Assembly: GCA_013816135.1 (NCBI GenBank)
Contig: JACDEV010000001.1
Location: 28,994-92,993 of the forward strand
Source of the DNA: Patescibacteria group bacterium
Lineage (GTDB): Bacteria; Patescibacteriota; Minisyncoccia; Phycocordibacterales; DATDWN01
Length of the DNA: 64,000 nt
Direction of reading: 5' to 3'
The position numbers and the translations under genes are program-made. Position 1 is the first letter of the stretch; each line of letters begins with the position of its first letter. Below, in pieces: positions 39,255 to 47,943 of this stretch. Under the pieces are notes generated by a model. The model saw only the letters and a list, made by a program, of their open reading frames with translations. It had not been told where the DNA came from and made no database searches.

Positions 39255-39345
39255 TTTGCGCGGGAGACTCGAACAACGGAGCGACTCTTGTTTTAGCAAA
39301 AACAAGACGCGAGTTGGTGTCCAGACCATAATTTTCTGACGAGAA
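39255..39345 (-). other. Second degenerate tRNA-Leu(CAA)-like element (homolog of 26564..26700), convergent with tRNA-Leu(UAG)
   Basis: Plus strand GCGCGGGAGACTCGAACAACGGAGCGA[CTCTTGTTTT-AGCA-AAAACAAGA]CGCGAGTTGGTGTCCAGACCA[CATAATTTTC-TGACGAG-GAAAATTATG]AGTCGCGG. It is ~80% identical to the reverse complement of 26590-26700, with compensatory changes in the inner hairpin. Confidence 0.5.
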
Positions 39346-39360
39346 AATTATGAGTCGCGG

Positions 39361-39467
39361 ACGAGTCTCATTCAATATCCAAACACGGGTACTGATCCTG
39401 TAAGGATCGAGTCTCCCTCTGAGTTCATGAAAAGTGAGAGTTGTGACCGAGTCTCCCTTTTCCCACC
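39361..39467 (+). repeat. Direct partial copies of the tRNA-Leu(UAG) T-arm/3' end (att-site-like scars)
   Basis: Copies of TCGAGTCTCCC(C)TT.CCCAC at 39405-39425 and 39447-39467, and a truncated copy at 39361-39373. The real tRNA 3' end is at 39180-39199. Confidence 0.55.
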
Positions 39468-39515
39468 TGTTGACACTCTATTTTTACAGTTGTATTATCG
39501 AGCACAGAGGTACAG

Positions 39516-39770
39516 ATGAAAATAATTTTGACGAAAAGAAGTCACGATTGGCATGCTTGCCTTGATGGAAACACCGTCATTTGGGGGTGTGGAGAATCAC
39601 CCAAAGAGGCTATTGGAGACCTGATATACTCGCATCAAGCTATGTTTCCAATCTTGGTCGTCAATCAAGAACAAACATCTGAACCATTTGCTCACAATCG
39701 AGTGGAGCTACCTGGAGGCAAAGTGGTTATGATGACTGACCAGGAGTTTTCTGCAGACTGCAATAGGTAA
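39516..39770 (+). CDS. Hypothetical small protein (GC-richer than flanks)
   Basis: 84-aa ORF followed by repeated terminator element copy 1. Confidence 0.35.
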   Translation: MKIILTKRSHDWHACLDGNTVIWGCGESPKEAIGDLIYSHQAMFPILVVNQEQTSEPFAHNRVELPGGKVVMMTDQEFSADCNR

Positions 39771-39782
39771 AGAAGTAACCAC

Positions 39783-39829
39783 GCCCGCTCGACAGCACTA
39801 CCCGTGCAGTCGCGCGGGTTTTGCTTTGA
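39783..39829 (+). repeat. Repeated terminator element copy 1 (CCCGCTCGACAGCACTACCCGTGCAGTCGCGCGGG + TTTTGCTTT)
   Basis: Nearly identical to 40228-40273. Confidence 0.6.
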
Positions 39830-39942
39830 ATTCCCAAAAATGGAAAATTCTGATCGAGTCTCTTTTTGAATTTCGAGATTATCTCCCCTCCTAATATGCA
39901 AATATAAGTTAATATGTATAATGAAAACAGAAAGGAGCTCTT

Positions 39943-40209
39943 GTGGTTAACAAATCTCAACGAAACGACCCTCGTTTCTGGAAAAAGTGGCACAACGCTG
40001 GTGCTGTCTTCGGGAAAATGACTCGCGAAACCCTTGAGCAAATGTTTAATCGCAAGATTGCTCAGCGTATTGGGGTTTCCATCGAAGAAGTTCGATTAAA
40101 CATGGTCCAGTGCTCATGCTGTTGGACTCCTGAATTCAGAGCTCGAATGAGGAAAGCTATCATAGAGGTTGGGGGTGACCCTAGCTCTGTCCATGATCCT
40201 CTATTCTAA
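39943..40209 (+). CDS. Hypothetical small protein (GC-richer than flanks)
   Basis: 88-aa ORF followed by repeated terminator element copy 2. Confidence 0.35.
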   Translation: MVNKSQRNDPRFWKKWHNAGAVFGKMTRETLEQMFNRKIAQRIGVSIEEVRLNMVQCSCCWTPEFRARMRKAIIEVGGDPSSVHDPLF

Positions 40210-40227
40210 CCCACTCCATAACGACAG

Positions 40228-40273
40228 ACCCGCTCGACAGCACTACCCGTGCATCGCGCGGGTTTTGCTTTAT
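40228..40273 (+). repeat. Repeated terminator element copy 2
   Basis: CCCGCTCGACAGCACTACCCGTGCATCGCGCGGGTTTTGCTTT. It shares a ~43-nt near-identity (one single-base indel) with copy 1. Confidence 0.6.
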
Positions 40274-40708
40274 TTAATTTACCTTCTCCCACCCAATTAC
40301 TGGATGTAGTTCCCACCAACGATGGGCAATATCATATCTAGTTACACCCCATATCTTTATTTTATCTCCTGAAATTGGAAGTGTTAATGGATATTCAGGT
40401 ATTATTTCTGTAACCAGAGTACCTGATTTACTTTTAATATTTATATGTACATCTCCATCTTGAGCAGAAACAACATCTGTTACTGTACCTTCCAAACTTG
40501 CTCGAGGCCCAGCATACAATCCGCTATTTAAAATTCCTATGTCGATTAAAGGATAATTAGCGGTCTCTTTTGCCAACATTTGCCGTCGCATGAAAAAACC
40601 ATAAACAGGTGTTATGAATTGTGGATTATATAAGGTGTAGTTTAGGAAAAAATCAAATGCCACAAAGGCAAAAATAATTAAAAATATTTTAGCGAATTTT
40701 ATTTTCAC
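40274..40708 (-). CDS. Membrane-anchored hypothetical protein (possible OB-fold exported domain)
   Basis: N-terminal TM helix IFLIIFAFVAFDFFL; 144 aa. Confidence 0.35.
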   Translation of the reverse strand: MKIKFAKIFLIIFAFVAFDFFLNYTLYNPQFITPVYGFFMRRQMLAKETANYPLIDIGILNSGLYAGPRASLEGTVTDVVSAQDGDVHINIKSKSGTLVTEIIPEYPLTLPISGDKIKIWGVTRYDIAHRWWELHPVIGWEKVN

Positions 40709-40742
40709 AGATTTATTATATCATTTTTTAAAACTGGGTTGA

Positions 40743-41255
40743 TTGACAATAACCAGCTTGAATAGTATTTTTCACCTAGAGGAGGATGGAATGAGAAAAC
40801 CTATCAAACTCGACATCCTTCAATGGATAAGAGTGCAGAGAAAATATCTACCACCATTACGGCTGGGGGTAATTTCACTTCGAATTGACCGAAGTTGGAC
40901 TGAAATTTCTCAGTATGGAATGAAATATTTGGCGACTGAGTTGATTGTTCGATGGCCAAGGTTCCTAATGATAAGATTAGATTTAGCTAATTATCATGTA
41001 GGAGGTTTCCTTGAGCCACACATCGATCCAACTTTCGAAGAAGTGCGCCAATACAATTCTATATTAGTCCTAAAAAGTCCTGAAGTAGGTGGCGAATTGA
41101 TTTCGGAAAAGTTTGTCTATAACAGTAAGTACTTGAAGATCATCGAGCCAAATAGATATCAGCACGAAGTTACTAAAATCACGCAAGGCGAAAGACTTGT
41201 GTTGAATCTAAGCCTCCGTTTTTCTTTTGAAAAGCTTCCTTCTCCCCCGTTCTGA
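40743..41255 (+). CDS. Possible 2OG-Fe(II) oxygenase superfamily protein
   Basis: HVGGFLEPHIDP and a downstream His fit the HxD...H pattern weakly; 170 aa. Confidence 0.3.
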   Translation: MTITSLNSIFHLEEDGMRKPIKLDILQWIRVQRKYLPPLRLGVISLRIDRSWTEISQYGMKYLATELIVRWPRFLMIRLDLANYHVGGFLEPHIDPTFEEVRQYNSILVLKSPEVGGELISEKFVYNSKYLKIIEPNRYQHEVTKITQGERLVLNLSLRFSFEKLPSPPF

Positions 41256-41359
41256 AAAACCAAGACCGCTCGCCTTAAAAGCCAGCGGTCTTCTTCATGA
41301 GAATTTTAGTATATATATGTTATAAAAAATAAAGAATTGTTCCATTTTTAGGAGGTTGT

Positions 41360-42151
41360 GTGAACAGGATTTACATGTTTTTGATGGTAATTGCAACTGT
41401 TTTGCTTTGGTCTTGTGGCACAGGAAGTAATCCAGTAGAACCAAGCAGGGAAAGTGATGTAATCTTTTCAGATGGTTTCAGTACTTACAGTAATGGATTA
41501 ATTACCAATGAATTTGCATATTGGAATCCAAACAATCCAAATGCAAAACATTCGATTATTTGGGAACTTACAAGTGGCTCACTTTTTGCTCAAAATGGTG
41601 AAGGATGGACTGGAATTCCTGACAATATAGGTCCTAATGCATTGTCTACAAACGGAACGAACTCTGCTGTCTTTCGTCTAACTACAAAAAGAAGTGACTT
41701 CAGAGATGTTTCTGTAAGTTTTTCTTTGCTCAATCAAAACTTAGTAGAAACCTCCATAACTCCACAGAGTAGTGTAGACGGCGTTCATTTCTTTCTACGC
41801 TACCAAAGTGAGGAAAATCTTTATTACGCCAGTATAAATCGAAGAGATAATACGGCAGTGATAAAGAAAAAAATCCCGGGTGGAATCTCAAATGGTGGAA
41901 CCTATTACGAGTTGAGTTCTTACGTAAGTCACACGGTTCCGTATGGAAGTTGGCAAAATGTAACCTCAACAATAAAGAACAACACTGACGGATCAGTATC
42001 AATTGAACTTTATTCTGAAGGCCAACTGGTAGTCCAAGCTAATGATAAAGGGAATGTAGGAGGACCACCAATACTAAACGCAGGAAAGTTGGGTATTAGG
42101 GGTGACAACGCAAACCTAAAGTTCAAGAACTTTGTTGTAAAGTCATTCTAA
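41360..42151 (+). CDS. Secreted lipoprotein with a LamG/concanavalin-like jelly-roll domain (DUF1080-like)
   Basis: Lipobox LLWSCG; the C-terminus GKLGIRGDNANLKFKNFVVK resembles the DUF1080 C-terminus. Confidence 0.35.
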   Translation: MNRIYMFLMVIATVLLWSCGTGSNPVEPSRESDVIFSDGFSTYSNGLITNEFAYWNPNNPNAKHSIIWELTSGSLFAQNGEGWTGIPDNIGPNALSTNGTNSAVFRLTTKRSDFRDVSVSFSLLNQNLVETSITPQSSVDGVHFFLRYQSEENLYYASINRRDNTAVIKKKIPGGISNGGTYYELSSYVSHTVPYGSWQNVTSTIKNNTDGSVSIELYSEGQLVVQANDKGNVGGPPILNAGKLGIRGDNANLKFKNFVVKSF

Positions 42152-42226
42152 CTTTTAAAAGGCTGGTAACAGCCTTTTGCTTTTATCCATTTGCCACATT
42201 AACCAACCACTAGTATTCTTAATAAT

Positions 42227-43219
42227 ATGCAAACATATAAAGATACGCTTAGCTGGCAGGCGCTTGGAAGAATAGTGATTACAGCTGCTTTGGTGTTACT
42301 AGCTTGGAAATCAGTTGAAGCTATTGTCCTAATTCTAATCTCACTTGTTCTGAGTGTGGCTATGTACCCTATTGTGGAAAAATTTCATAAAAAAATGCCA
42401 CTCCTACCAGCTACTATCTTGGTGCTATTACTTTTACTTATTCCTCTTATAGGACTCATCGTATATATAGTAATGAATCTAACTTCTCAATTTCCACAAA
42501 TAGTAGAAGCTGTAAATTCTATACTCCACAGTTCTCGATTTCTTTCTAGTTTAACTGGAAATATAGATATCTCAACTTATCTGCAAAATTATTCTGGATT
42601 ACTTCTGAGCTCAACAAAAAATATTGCTATAACAGCCACGGAAGTTTTGACTGTCTTTTTTCTTTCATTCTACCTTATATACGACTACAAAATCCTTTTT
42701 AATTTATTTTTAAATTTCTTTTCTAATGATGAAAAGAAAAAAGTGACTGAAGTCTTGTCCGAAGTTGCTAGAGTAACGGGCTTATATGTCAGAGGAAATG
42801 TTTTGATATCAATTATTTCCGGAGTAGTTATTTATATTGGCTTACTTTTGCTTCATATTCCTTTTGCTCTTCCACTTGCCTTATTTACTGCAGTACTTGA
42901 TCTTCTCCCTTTGGTTGGACCTACAATAGGAAGTTTGCCAGCTATTCTTATCGGTTTTGCGATATCTCCATTTCAAGGATTTTTAGTAATTATCCTATAT
43001 TTTACTTATCAGCAACTGGAGAATGTCTTTATCAGTCCTGTAATATATAATCAGGCATTAAATCTTTCTCCTGCATTAACCTTCCTTGCAGTGGTAATAG
43101 GTGGCACAGTATTCGGTATCATTGGTGCACTTTTTGCTTTACCTGTTGCGGCGAGCATTCCTGTCTTAATGAAATATAAGGAAGAGTATACGCAAAGGCA
43201 TCAAGAAGTTTCTAATTAA
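42227..43219 (+). CDS. AI-2E family transporter (UPF0118/PerM-like)
   Basis: Multi-TM protein of ~330 aa with the characteristic N- and C-terminal helix bundles. Confidence 0.6.
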   Translation: MQTYKDTLSWQALGRIVITAALVLLAWKSVEAIVLILISLVLSVAMYPIVEKFHKKMPLLPATILVLLLLLIPLIGLIVYIVMNLTSQFPQIVEAVNSILHSSRFLSSLTGNIDISTYLQNYSGLLLSSTKNIAITATEVLTVFFLSFYLIYDYKILFNLFLNFFSNDEKKKVTEVLSEVARVTGLYVRGNVLISIISGVVIYIGLLLLHIPFALPLALFTAVLDLLPLVGPTIGSLPAILIGFAISPFQGFLVIILYFTYQQLENVFISPVIYNQALNLSPALTFLAVVIGGTVFGIIGALFALPVAASIPVLMKYKEEYTQRHQEVSN

Positions 43220-43224
43220 TAAAA

Positions 43225-43800
43225 ATGACAAACTCAGAACAAGATGGAGAGCAGATATTTTTGCTCGAAGCTTTGCGCAAATTCAAACAAATTGGTTCCA
43301 TACTTCCTAGCAGTAAATATCTTGGAAAAAGTATGGCTAAGTTTGTTTCAGGAAAAGAAGGATTTGTAGTTGTGGAGCTTGGCGCAGGTACTGGAGTAAT
43401 CACAAAAGAAATTCTAAAAAAACTTTCTAAAACTGGAAGGCTTATTGCTTTTGAGAACAACAAAGATCTCGCTGAATACCTCCGACAAAACATAATGGAC
43501 CCAAGACTAATAGTTTTGGAAAAAAATGTCTTGTCTATGAAAAAATATCTTAACGATCTTGGGTATAGCAAAGTGGATTGTATTATTTCCGGACTACCAC
43601 TAGGAACTATAAAAAAATCTGATAGAACGAAGATACTAGAAACTATACAAAAACTACTAAAGAAAGATGGAGCTTACATCCAATTTCAATATTTTCTTTC
43701 TTCCCTTTCTATGATAAAAAAACACTTTAGCCGGACAAAGATAAAGAATTATGAGCTTCGAAATTTTCCACCAGCTTTTGTCTATGAGTGCAAGAAATAG
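43225..43800 (+). CDS. Class I SAM-dependent methyltransferase
   Basis: Motif I VVELGAGTGVITKEIL; 191 aa. Confidence 0.6.
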   Translation: MTNSEQDGEQIFLLEALRKFKQIGSILPSSKYLGKSMAKFVSGKEGFVVVELGAGTGVITKEILKKLSKTGRLIAFENNKDLAEYLRQNIMDPRLIVLEKNVLSMKKYLNDLGYSKVDCIISGLPLGTIKKSDRTKILETIQKLLKKDGAYIQFQYFLSSLSMIKKHFSRTKIKNYELRNFPPAFVYECKK

Positions 43801-43904
43801 CATTGACTTTTTCACTTTTTTATGATACTAATTTGGGCAGAGCTGAAGTTTGCCAAGAGGTAAACAGCATACGTTCATTGACGTTTCTAGATGTTAAAAG
43901 GAAA

Positions 43905-45086
43905 AGTATGAAAGAATTTGAAAGAGGTTTTGCACTAATAGTATTAGTACTATTAGGCTCCGTCTGGTATTCAATGGGATTTCTGGGGGTACTGGTAATC
44001 TTGGTTCTTATTTCCGGTTTAATTGCTTCTTGTGTCTTTGCTGCGTGGCAAATGGCAAAAGCAGACATTCTATTCACATTTATCGGCATCGGTGAAATCA
44101 AAATGGTGGATAGAGGTGTCGGCAACTTCTGGAAGATTTTGGCTAATTTGCCAGGTCATCATGTTGAAGGCGAAAAAATCGTTGAAGATAGTAAAGAAGA
44201 ACATACAAAAAGTTATCTGGAAAAACGTTATGGTCTTTACTTTATCGGCTTCTCGCCGGCAAAGCTTCATGAATTTGAGTTTGTTCATGAAAGGATCAAT
44301 CCGGACATCAAAAAAGGTATGCCTCCAGACGAGTGGATCAAAAGGGATGATCATGCACAGAAAACCACCACTCTGCTCTGGGAGATTCCACATTGGTATT
44401 TGGTCTCCGGGGTAGAATTCCATGATCAAATGAGTGGTGAACTACTCTTCAATTGCATGTCACGAGTCACTAGACCTGTAGTTGCTATCTACCTTCGTAG
44501 AGGGCAATTCATCGACTATTCTGCACAATATGTAAACGGTGCAGTAATTGATTCTGTAAGAAATGAGAATTTTTCTGATCTTCAAGGTCTCCAGAAAATG
44601 GAGAGTGCAATTAAGGAAGAAGGAGGGAAAACACCTCTTTCAGAGGAAATTGTATCGAAGGTCAACGTGCTTCTTGAAGACGCTGTTGGTCTGAAGATGC
44701 AATGGGGATTTATTTCCCAGTACGATGCATCTGATAAGTCTGACCAGAAAGCGCTTGAAGCTAGAAAGGTAGCTCAATTAGAGGGTGAAGCTAAGATTGA
44801 GACAGCTAAGCAAGCTGTTGCAATCTCTAAGCAAACCGCAAAACAAACCAACATTGAAGCGAAAGCTCAGCTTAAAGCTGACGAGATCAAGTCTAAGGGA
44901 CAAATGTCAGGGCTAGAAGCTGCACTCAACATCATCAAGGAAAGATTCCCAGATATTGACCCATCAGAAGCTCTACAAAGAGCAACTGAACTTGCAGTCG
45001 CAACAAAAATGTCTCACCCACAATCTCCAGTAACAGTACTGGGAGCAAGTGTGAGTATTGGTGTTAAAACTGCGGAGAAAAAGTAA
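43905..45086 (+). CDS. SPFH/band-7 (flotillin/stomatin-like) membrane protein
   Basis: N-terminal TM helices, SPFH-like FIGIGEIKMVDRGVGNFWKILANLPGHHV, and a C-terminal Ala/Lys/Glu/Gln-rich coiled coil. The start was taken at the internal Met to avoid overlap with the methyltransferase. Confidence 0.4.
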   Translation, partial: SMKEFERGFALIVLVLLGSVWYSMGFLGVLVILVLISGLIASCVFAAWQMAKADILFTFIGIGEIKMVDRGVGNFWKILANLPGHHVEGEKIVEDSKEEHTKSYLEKRYGLYFIGFSPAKLHEFEFVHERINPDIKKGMPPDEWIKRDDHAQKTTTLLWEIPHWYLVSGVEFHDQMSGELLFNCMSRVTRPVVAIYLRRGQFIDYSAQYVNGAVIDSVRNENFSDLQGLQKMESAIKEEGGKTPLSEEIVSKVNVLLEDAVGLKMQWGFISQYDASDKSDQKALEARKVAQLEGEAKIETAKQAVAISKQTAKQTNIEAKAQLKADEIKSKGQMSGLEAALNIIKERFPDIDPSEALQRATELAVATKMSHPQSPVTVLGASVSIGVKTAEKK

Positions 45087-45844
45087 TGTTTAAATACATT
45101 GCTGGAACTATTTTTGGGTTAATCATCATTGCTGTATGTGTTGGTCTATGGGCTAAATCACTAAATCCATCACTTCCTCCGGACTCACTTGAGGATTCAC
45201 CTGAAGCTATTAAGTGGAGACAAAAGTACTGGAAAAAACATGATTGGATACCGATTCTTGTCTTTCTACTCATGTTGCATGCAATGGCCTGGATGACTTG
45301 GCCCAATTCTTGGATGTCGATTTGGCAAGAGAGCGGTAAATTTTCTCTAACCAAAACAATAATGATCCTAGCTTTCCACGCTTTTGCGATCATTTTCTTC
45401 GACATACTACCAGAAAAAAAAGACAGTCCATGGAAATACCTCGTTGCAAGGATAGGTGTGGGACTCTGCTTTATCGGATTTTTGATAGTAATCGGGGCTC
45501 TTCCGTGGTTTGGTGAAAAATACTGGGAAGAGAAGGAGAAGGCTGAAATGGTAAGGGTTGCTTTAACTGAGGCGATTCGTATCGAACAGCAAAAACCTTT
45601 TGAAGTAACCGCTCCTGCTTATTATATCTTGAGTGAAAGAATCCTGACTCCAGAATATACAGAAGTAACTACTTCAGGTCCGATTTACGTCGTTACTGAC
45701 AGGGGTGACTGGATAGAGTATGAAAACAACCTAACTGAAAAGACTATTCTTCCTTACTACACTGCTGGAATGAGATTCACATCTAGAACGTTTGAAAATG
45801 AAGGAGAACATAAAAATGTTACGGTCATTGTAAAAAGACCCTAA
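45086..45844 (+). CDS. Multi-TM membrane protein with a soluble C-terminal domain (possible NfeD-like partner of the SPFH protein)
   Basis: 252 aa; start overlaps the stop of the SPFH gene. Confidence 0.35.
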   Translation: MFKYIAGTIFGLIIIAVCVGLWAKSLNPSLPPDSLEDSPEAIKWRQKYWKKHDWIPILVFLLMLHAMAWMTWPNSWMSIWQESGKFSLTKTIMILAFHAFAIIFFDILPEKKDSPWKYLVARIGVGLCFIGFLIVIGALPWFGEKYWEEKEKAEMVRVALTEAIRIEQQKPFEVTAPAYYILSERILTPEYTEVTTSGPIYVVTDRGDWIEYENNLTEKTILPYYTAGMRFTSRTFENEGEHKNVTVIVKRP

Positions 45845-45850
45845 CTACTA

Positions 45851-45893
45851 TGAAAAACCGCGCTTATCCCTAAAGATGAGCGCGGTTTTCACT
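45851..45893. terminator. Bidirectional terminator (AAAACCGCGCT-loop-AGCGCGGTTTT)
   Basis: 11-bp perfect stem between convergent operons. Confidence 0.7.
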
Positions 45894-45908
45894 TTTGTTT
45901 ATTTTTGA

Positions 45909-46208
45909 TTATAAATTCAAATATTGCTGAGAAATTGGTTCATCGTTTAAATTAATACCAAACGAATACAGAACAAATTTTATAAGACCATATACAGAAA
46001 ACATCACAAACATGCCAACTAATCCCCATAAAATTGCATCTTGAGCTTGTTTTCTATCCTTATCACCAGCTTCAAGAGAAAGATATTTTACTATTCCCCA
46101 TGTAAAGTAAGCAAAAGCTAGAGCAAATGCCAAAAGAATTAAAGGGTTCAGAATCAATTTATTGACCTTATTTAAGAAAGGTACAATAGTAATTGAATTC
46201 GATGGCAT
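45909..46208 (-). CDS. Small two-helix membrane protein, VirB2/TrbC pilin-like paralog 1
   Basis: ...FAYFTWGIVKYLSLEAGDKDRKQAQDAILWGLVGMFVMFSVYGL. Confidence 0.4.
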   Translation of the reverse strand: MPSNSITIVPFLNKVNKLILNPLILLAFALAFAYFTWGIVKYLSLEAGDKDRKQAQDAILWGLVGMFVMFSVYGLIKFVLYSFGINLNDEPISQQYLNL

Positions 46209-46226
46209 ATATAAAAACTTAAATTA

Positions 46227-46574
46227 TTATAGACCTGGAACTGTAGGAAGTGGAACTGCAGTAACTGTGCTGATTCCTAATGCATTCTGAAGCCAAATAA
46301 CCAAACCATAAACAGAGACCATAACAGCAATAGCTATGACACCATAGATCATATGACTCTTTCCTTGTTCCTGAGCCTTTGGATCACCTGCACCTCGTAA
46401 GAACTGGATAACTCCCCAAAAGAAGAAGATTATGGCAAGAGCAAACATAATTGGAATGATCTTTGCAATGATCTGACCAATTGCAGTAACTAGTTGTGAA
46501 AGACCACTAAGGTTTCCCTGAGCAAATGCGAATGCTGGAGAGAAAGCCATGACTGCGTAAATAACTTTTTTCAT
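46227..46574 (-). CDS. Small two-helix membrane protein with Sec signal peptide, VirB2/TrbC pilin-like paralog 2
   Basis: Signal peptide ...AFAFA|QG; IFFFWGVIQFLRGAGDPKAQEQGKSHMIYGVIAIAVMVSVYGL. Confidence 0.4.
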   Translation of the reverse strand: MKKVIYAVMAFSPAFAFAQGNLSGLSQLVTAIGQIIAKIIPIMFALAIIFFFWGVIQFLRGAGDPKAQEQGKSHMIYGVIAIAVMVSVYGLVIWLQNALGISTVTAVPLPTVPGL

Positions 46575-46657
46575 ATTAAATTTTACTTATTGATATTATG
46601 TGTAATGACTTAATTCTACTATAAAAACGTTGGAAAACAAGGCTACTGTGGATAGCT

Positions 46658-47134
46658 TTAACAAGGATTTGCAGCAAAAGGATCTTCACCAGAAGTGCAG
46701 TGTCCAGGAGTTTGATATATACCACTTGAACCGCCAACTGTTCCAGTGAAGTTAGGAACAGTTGTATGACTCTCTAATGTAGTTCCACCTGCTCCAGCCC
46801 CTATTCCACTTGGTTTTATCCCAAGAGCATTTCCAATAAAGGAAATTATTCCCATTATGGAAATAATAACAAAGAGAGCAACCACTCCCCAAATCATTTT
46901 CTGTTTACCCTCATCTCGAGTTTTTGAATCTCCTGCATGTAAAATGAATTGTCCAACTCCCCAGAAGAAATACAGAAATGCCAAACCTATTATGACAGGT
47001 TCTGTAAGGTGTAATATTTGTCTAATATCCAAAAGCAAACCTTTAATCCCATCGAGTGCTGCAAAAGAAACAACTGGAAATAAAACCAACACTGACAATA
47101 TTGCAAATGATATTTTATTTATATTTTTTTTCAT
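46658..47134 (-). CDS. VirB2/TrbC pilin-like paralog 3 (with a Gly/Thr-rich C-terminal extension)
   Basis: Signal peptide ...VSFA|AL; LYFFWGVGQFILHAGDSKTRDEGKQKMIWGVVALFVIISIMGI. Confidence 0.4.
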   Translation of the reverse strand: MKKNINKISFAILSVLVLFPVVSFAALDGIKGLLLDIRQILHLTEPVIIGLAFLYFFWGVGQFILHAGDSKTRDEGKQKMIWGVVALFVIISIMGIISFIGNALGIKPSGIGAGAGGTTLESHTTVPNFTGTVGGSSGIYQTPGHCTSGEDPFAANPC

Positions 47135-47139
47135 AATTA

Positions 47140-47547
47140 TTATTTATTAGGATACCCTACTTTACTACTATATTCCGGCGTTAAAACATCAGTCCTGAGA
47201 AGTACTCCATTTGGATCAGAGCCACCTGCAAAAAACTCACCCGCAGCAAGTCCAACCAATATACGATAGGTTACCATAATAAAAAGTGCTAACACTCCCC
47301 AGATCATATATTGTTTTCCTTTTGCTATTTCCTCAGGTTTACTGGAGCTAAGGATGAACTTGGAAAGACCCCAGAAGAAAACAAGTGATGCAAGGATTTC
47401 TAATATAGGAATAAGGGTATTAACAATTTCAGTAGCATATTGAACTATAGTCTGGAAATTAGATCCTGCTAGATCGAAATCTGCTCCGAAAACAATAGTA
47501 GGTACATATAATAAAGTCAGAAGGAAAATAATTTTCAAAGTTTTCAT
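47140..47547 (-). CDS. VirB2/TrbC pilin-like paralog 4
   Basis: LVFFWGLSKFILSSSKPEEIAKGKQYMIWGVLALFIMVTYRIL. Confidence 0.4.
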   Translation of the reverse strand: MKTLKIIFLLTLLYVPTIVFGADFDLAGSNFQTIVQYATEIVNTLIPILEILASLVFFWGLSKFILSSSKPEEIAKGKQYMIWGVLALFIMVTYRILVGLAAGEFFAGGSDPNGVLLRTDVLTPEYSSKVGYPNK

Positions 47548-47548
47548 G

Positions 47549-47938
47549 TTAAGTAGTTAATGCCGTTACTGTATTCTCAACAACCTGTGCAATCCCTGCG
47601 GCACCCAGCAATATACCAGCACCAATCAAAGCCCAGAGTAATCGTTGTTTAGCTATCTTGATTTCCTTGGGGTTACCTTGAGCTAAGACAAAACTGAAAC
47701 CTGCCCAGATAATCCAAACAACCACAATTACAGACGCTACAGGCATAATTATATTTTTAAGTATAGTTTTCAATAAAGCTGGAAGTGAATCACCTGCTTT
47801 TTTTGCTGGATTATCAATTCTTATATCATATGTTTGGGGAGGATTTACAAGCGGAGCTGATGGGACAGATGCACTAATGAAAAAAGGAACGGAGAGTAGA
47901 AACAAAAACATCAAAAGAAAACTTTTTTGTATTTTCAT
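47549..47938 (-). CDS. VirB2/TrbC pilin-like paralog 5
   Basis: IIWAGFSFVLAQGNPKEIKIAKQRLLWALIGAGILLGAAGI. Confidence 0.4.
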   Translation of the reverse strand: MKIQKSFLLMFLFLLSVPFFISASVPSAPLVNPPQTYDIRIDNPAKKAGDSLPALLKTILKNIIMPVASVIVVVWIIWAGFSFVLAQGNPKEIKIAKQRLLWALIGAGILLGAAGIAQVVENTVTALTT

Positions 47939-47943
47939 AAAAA

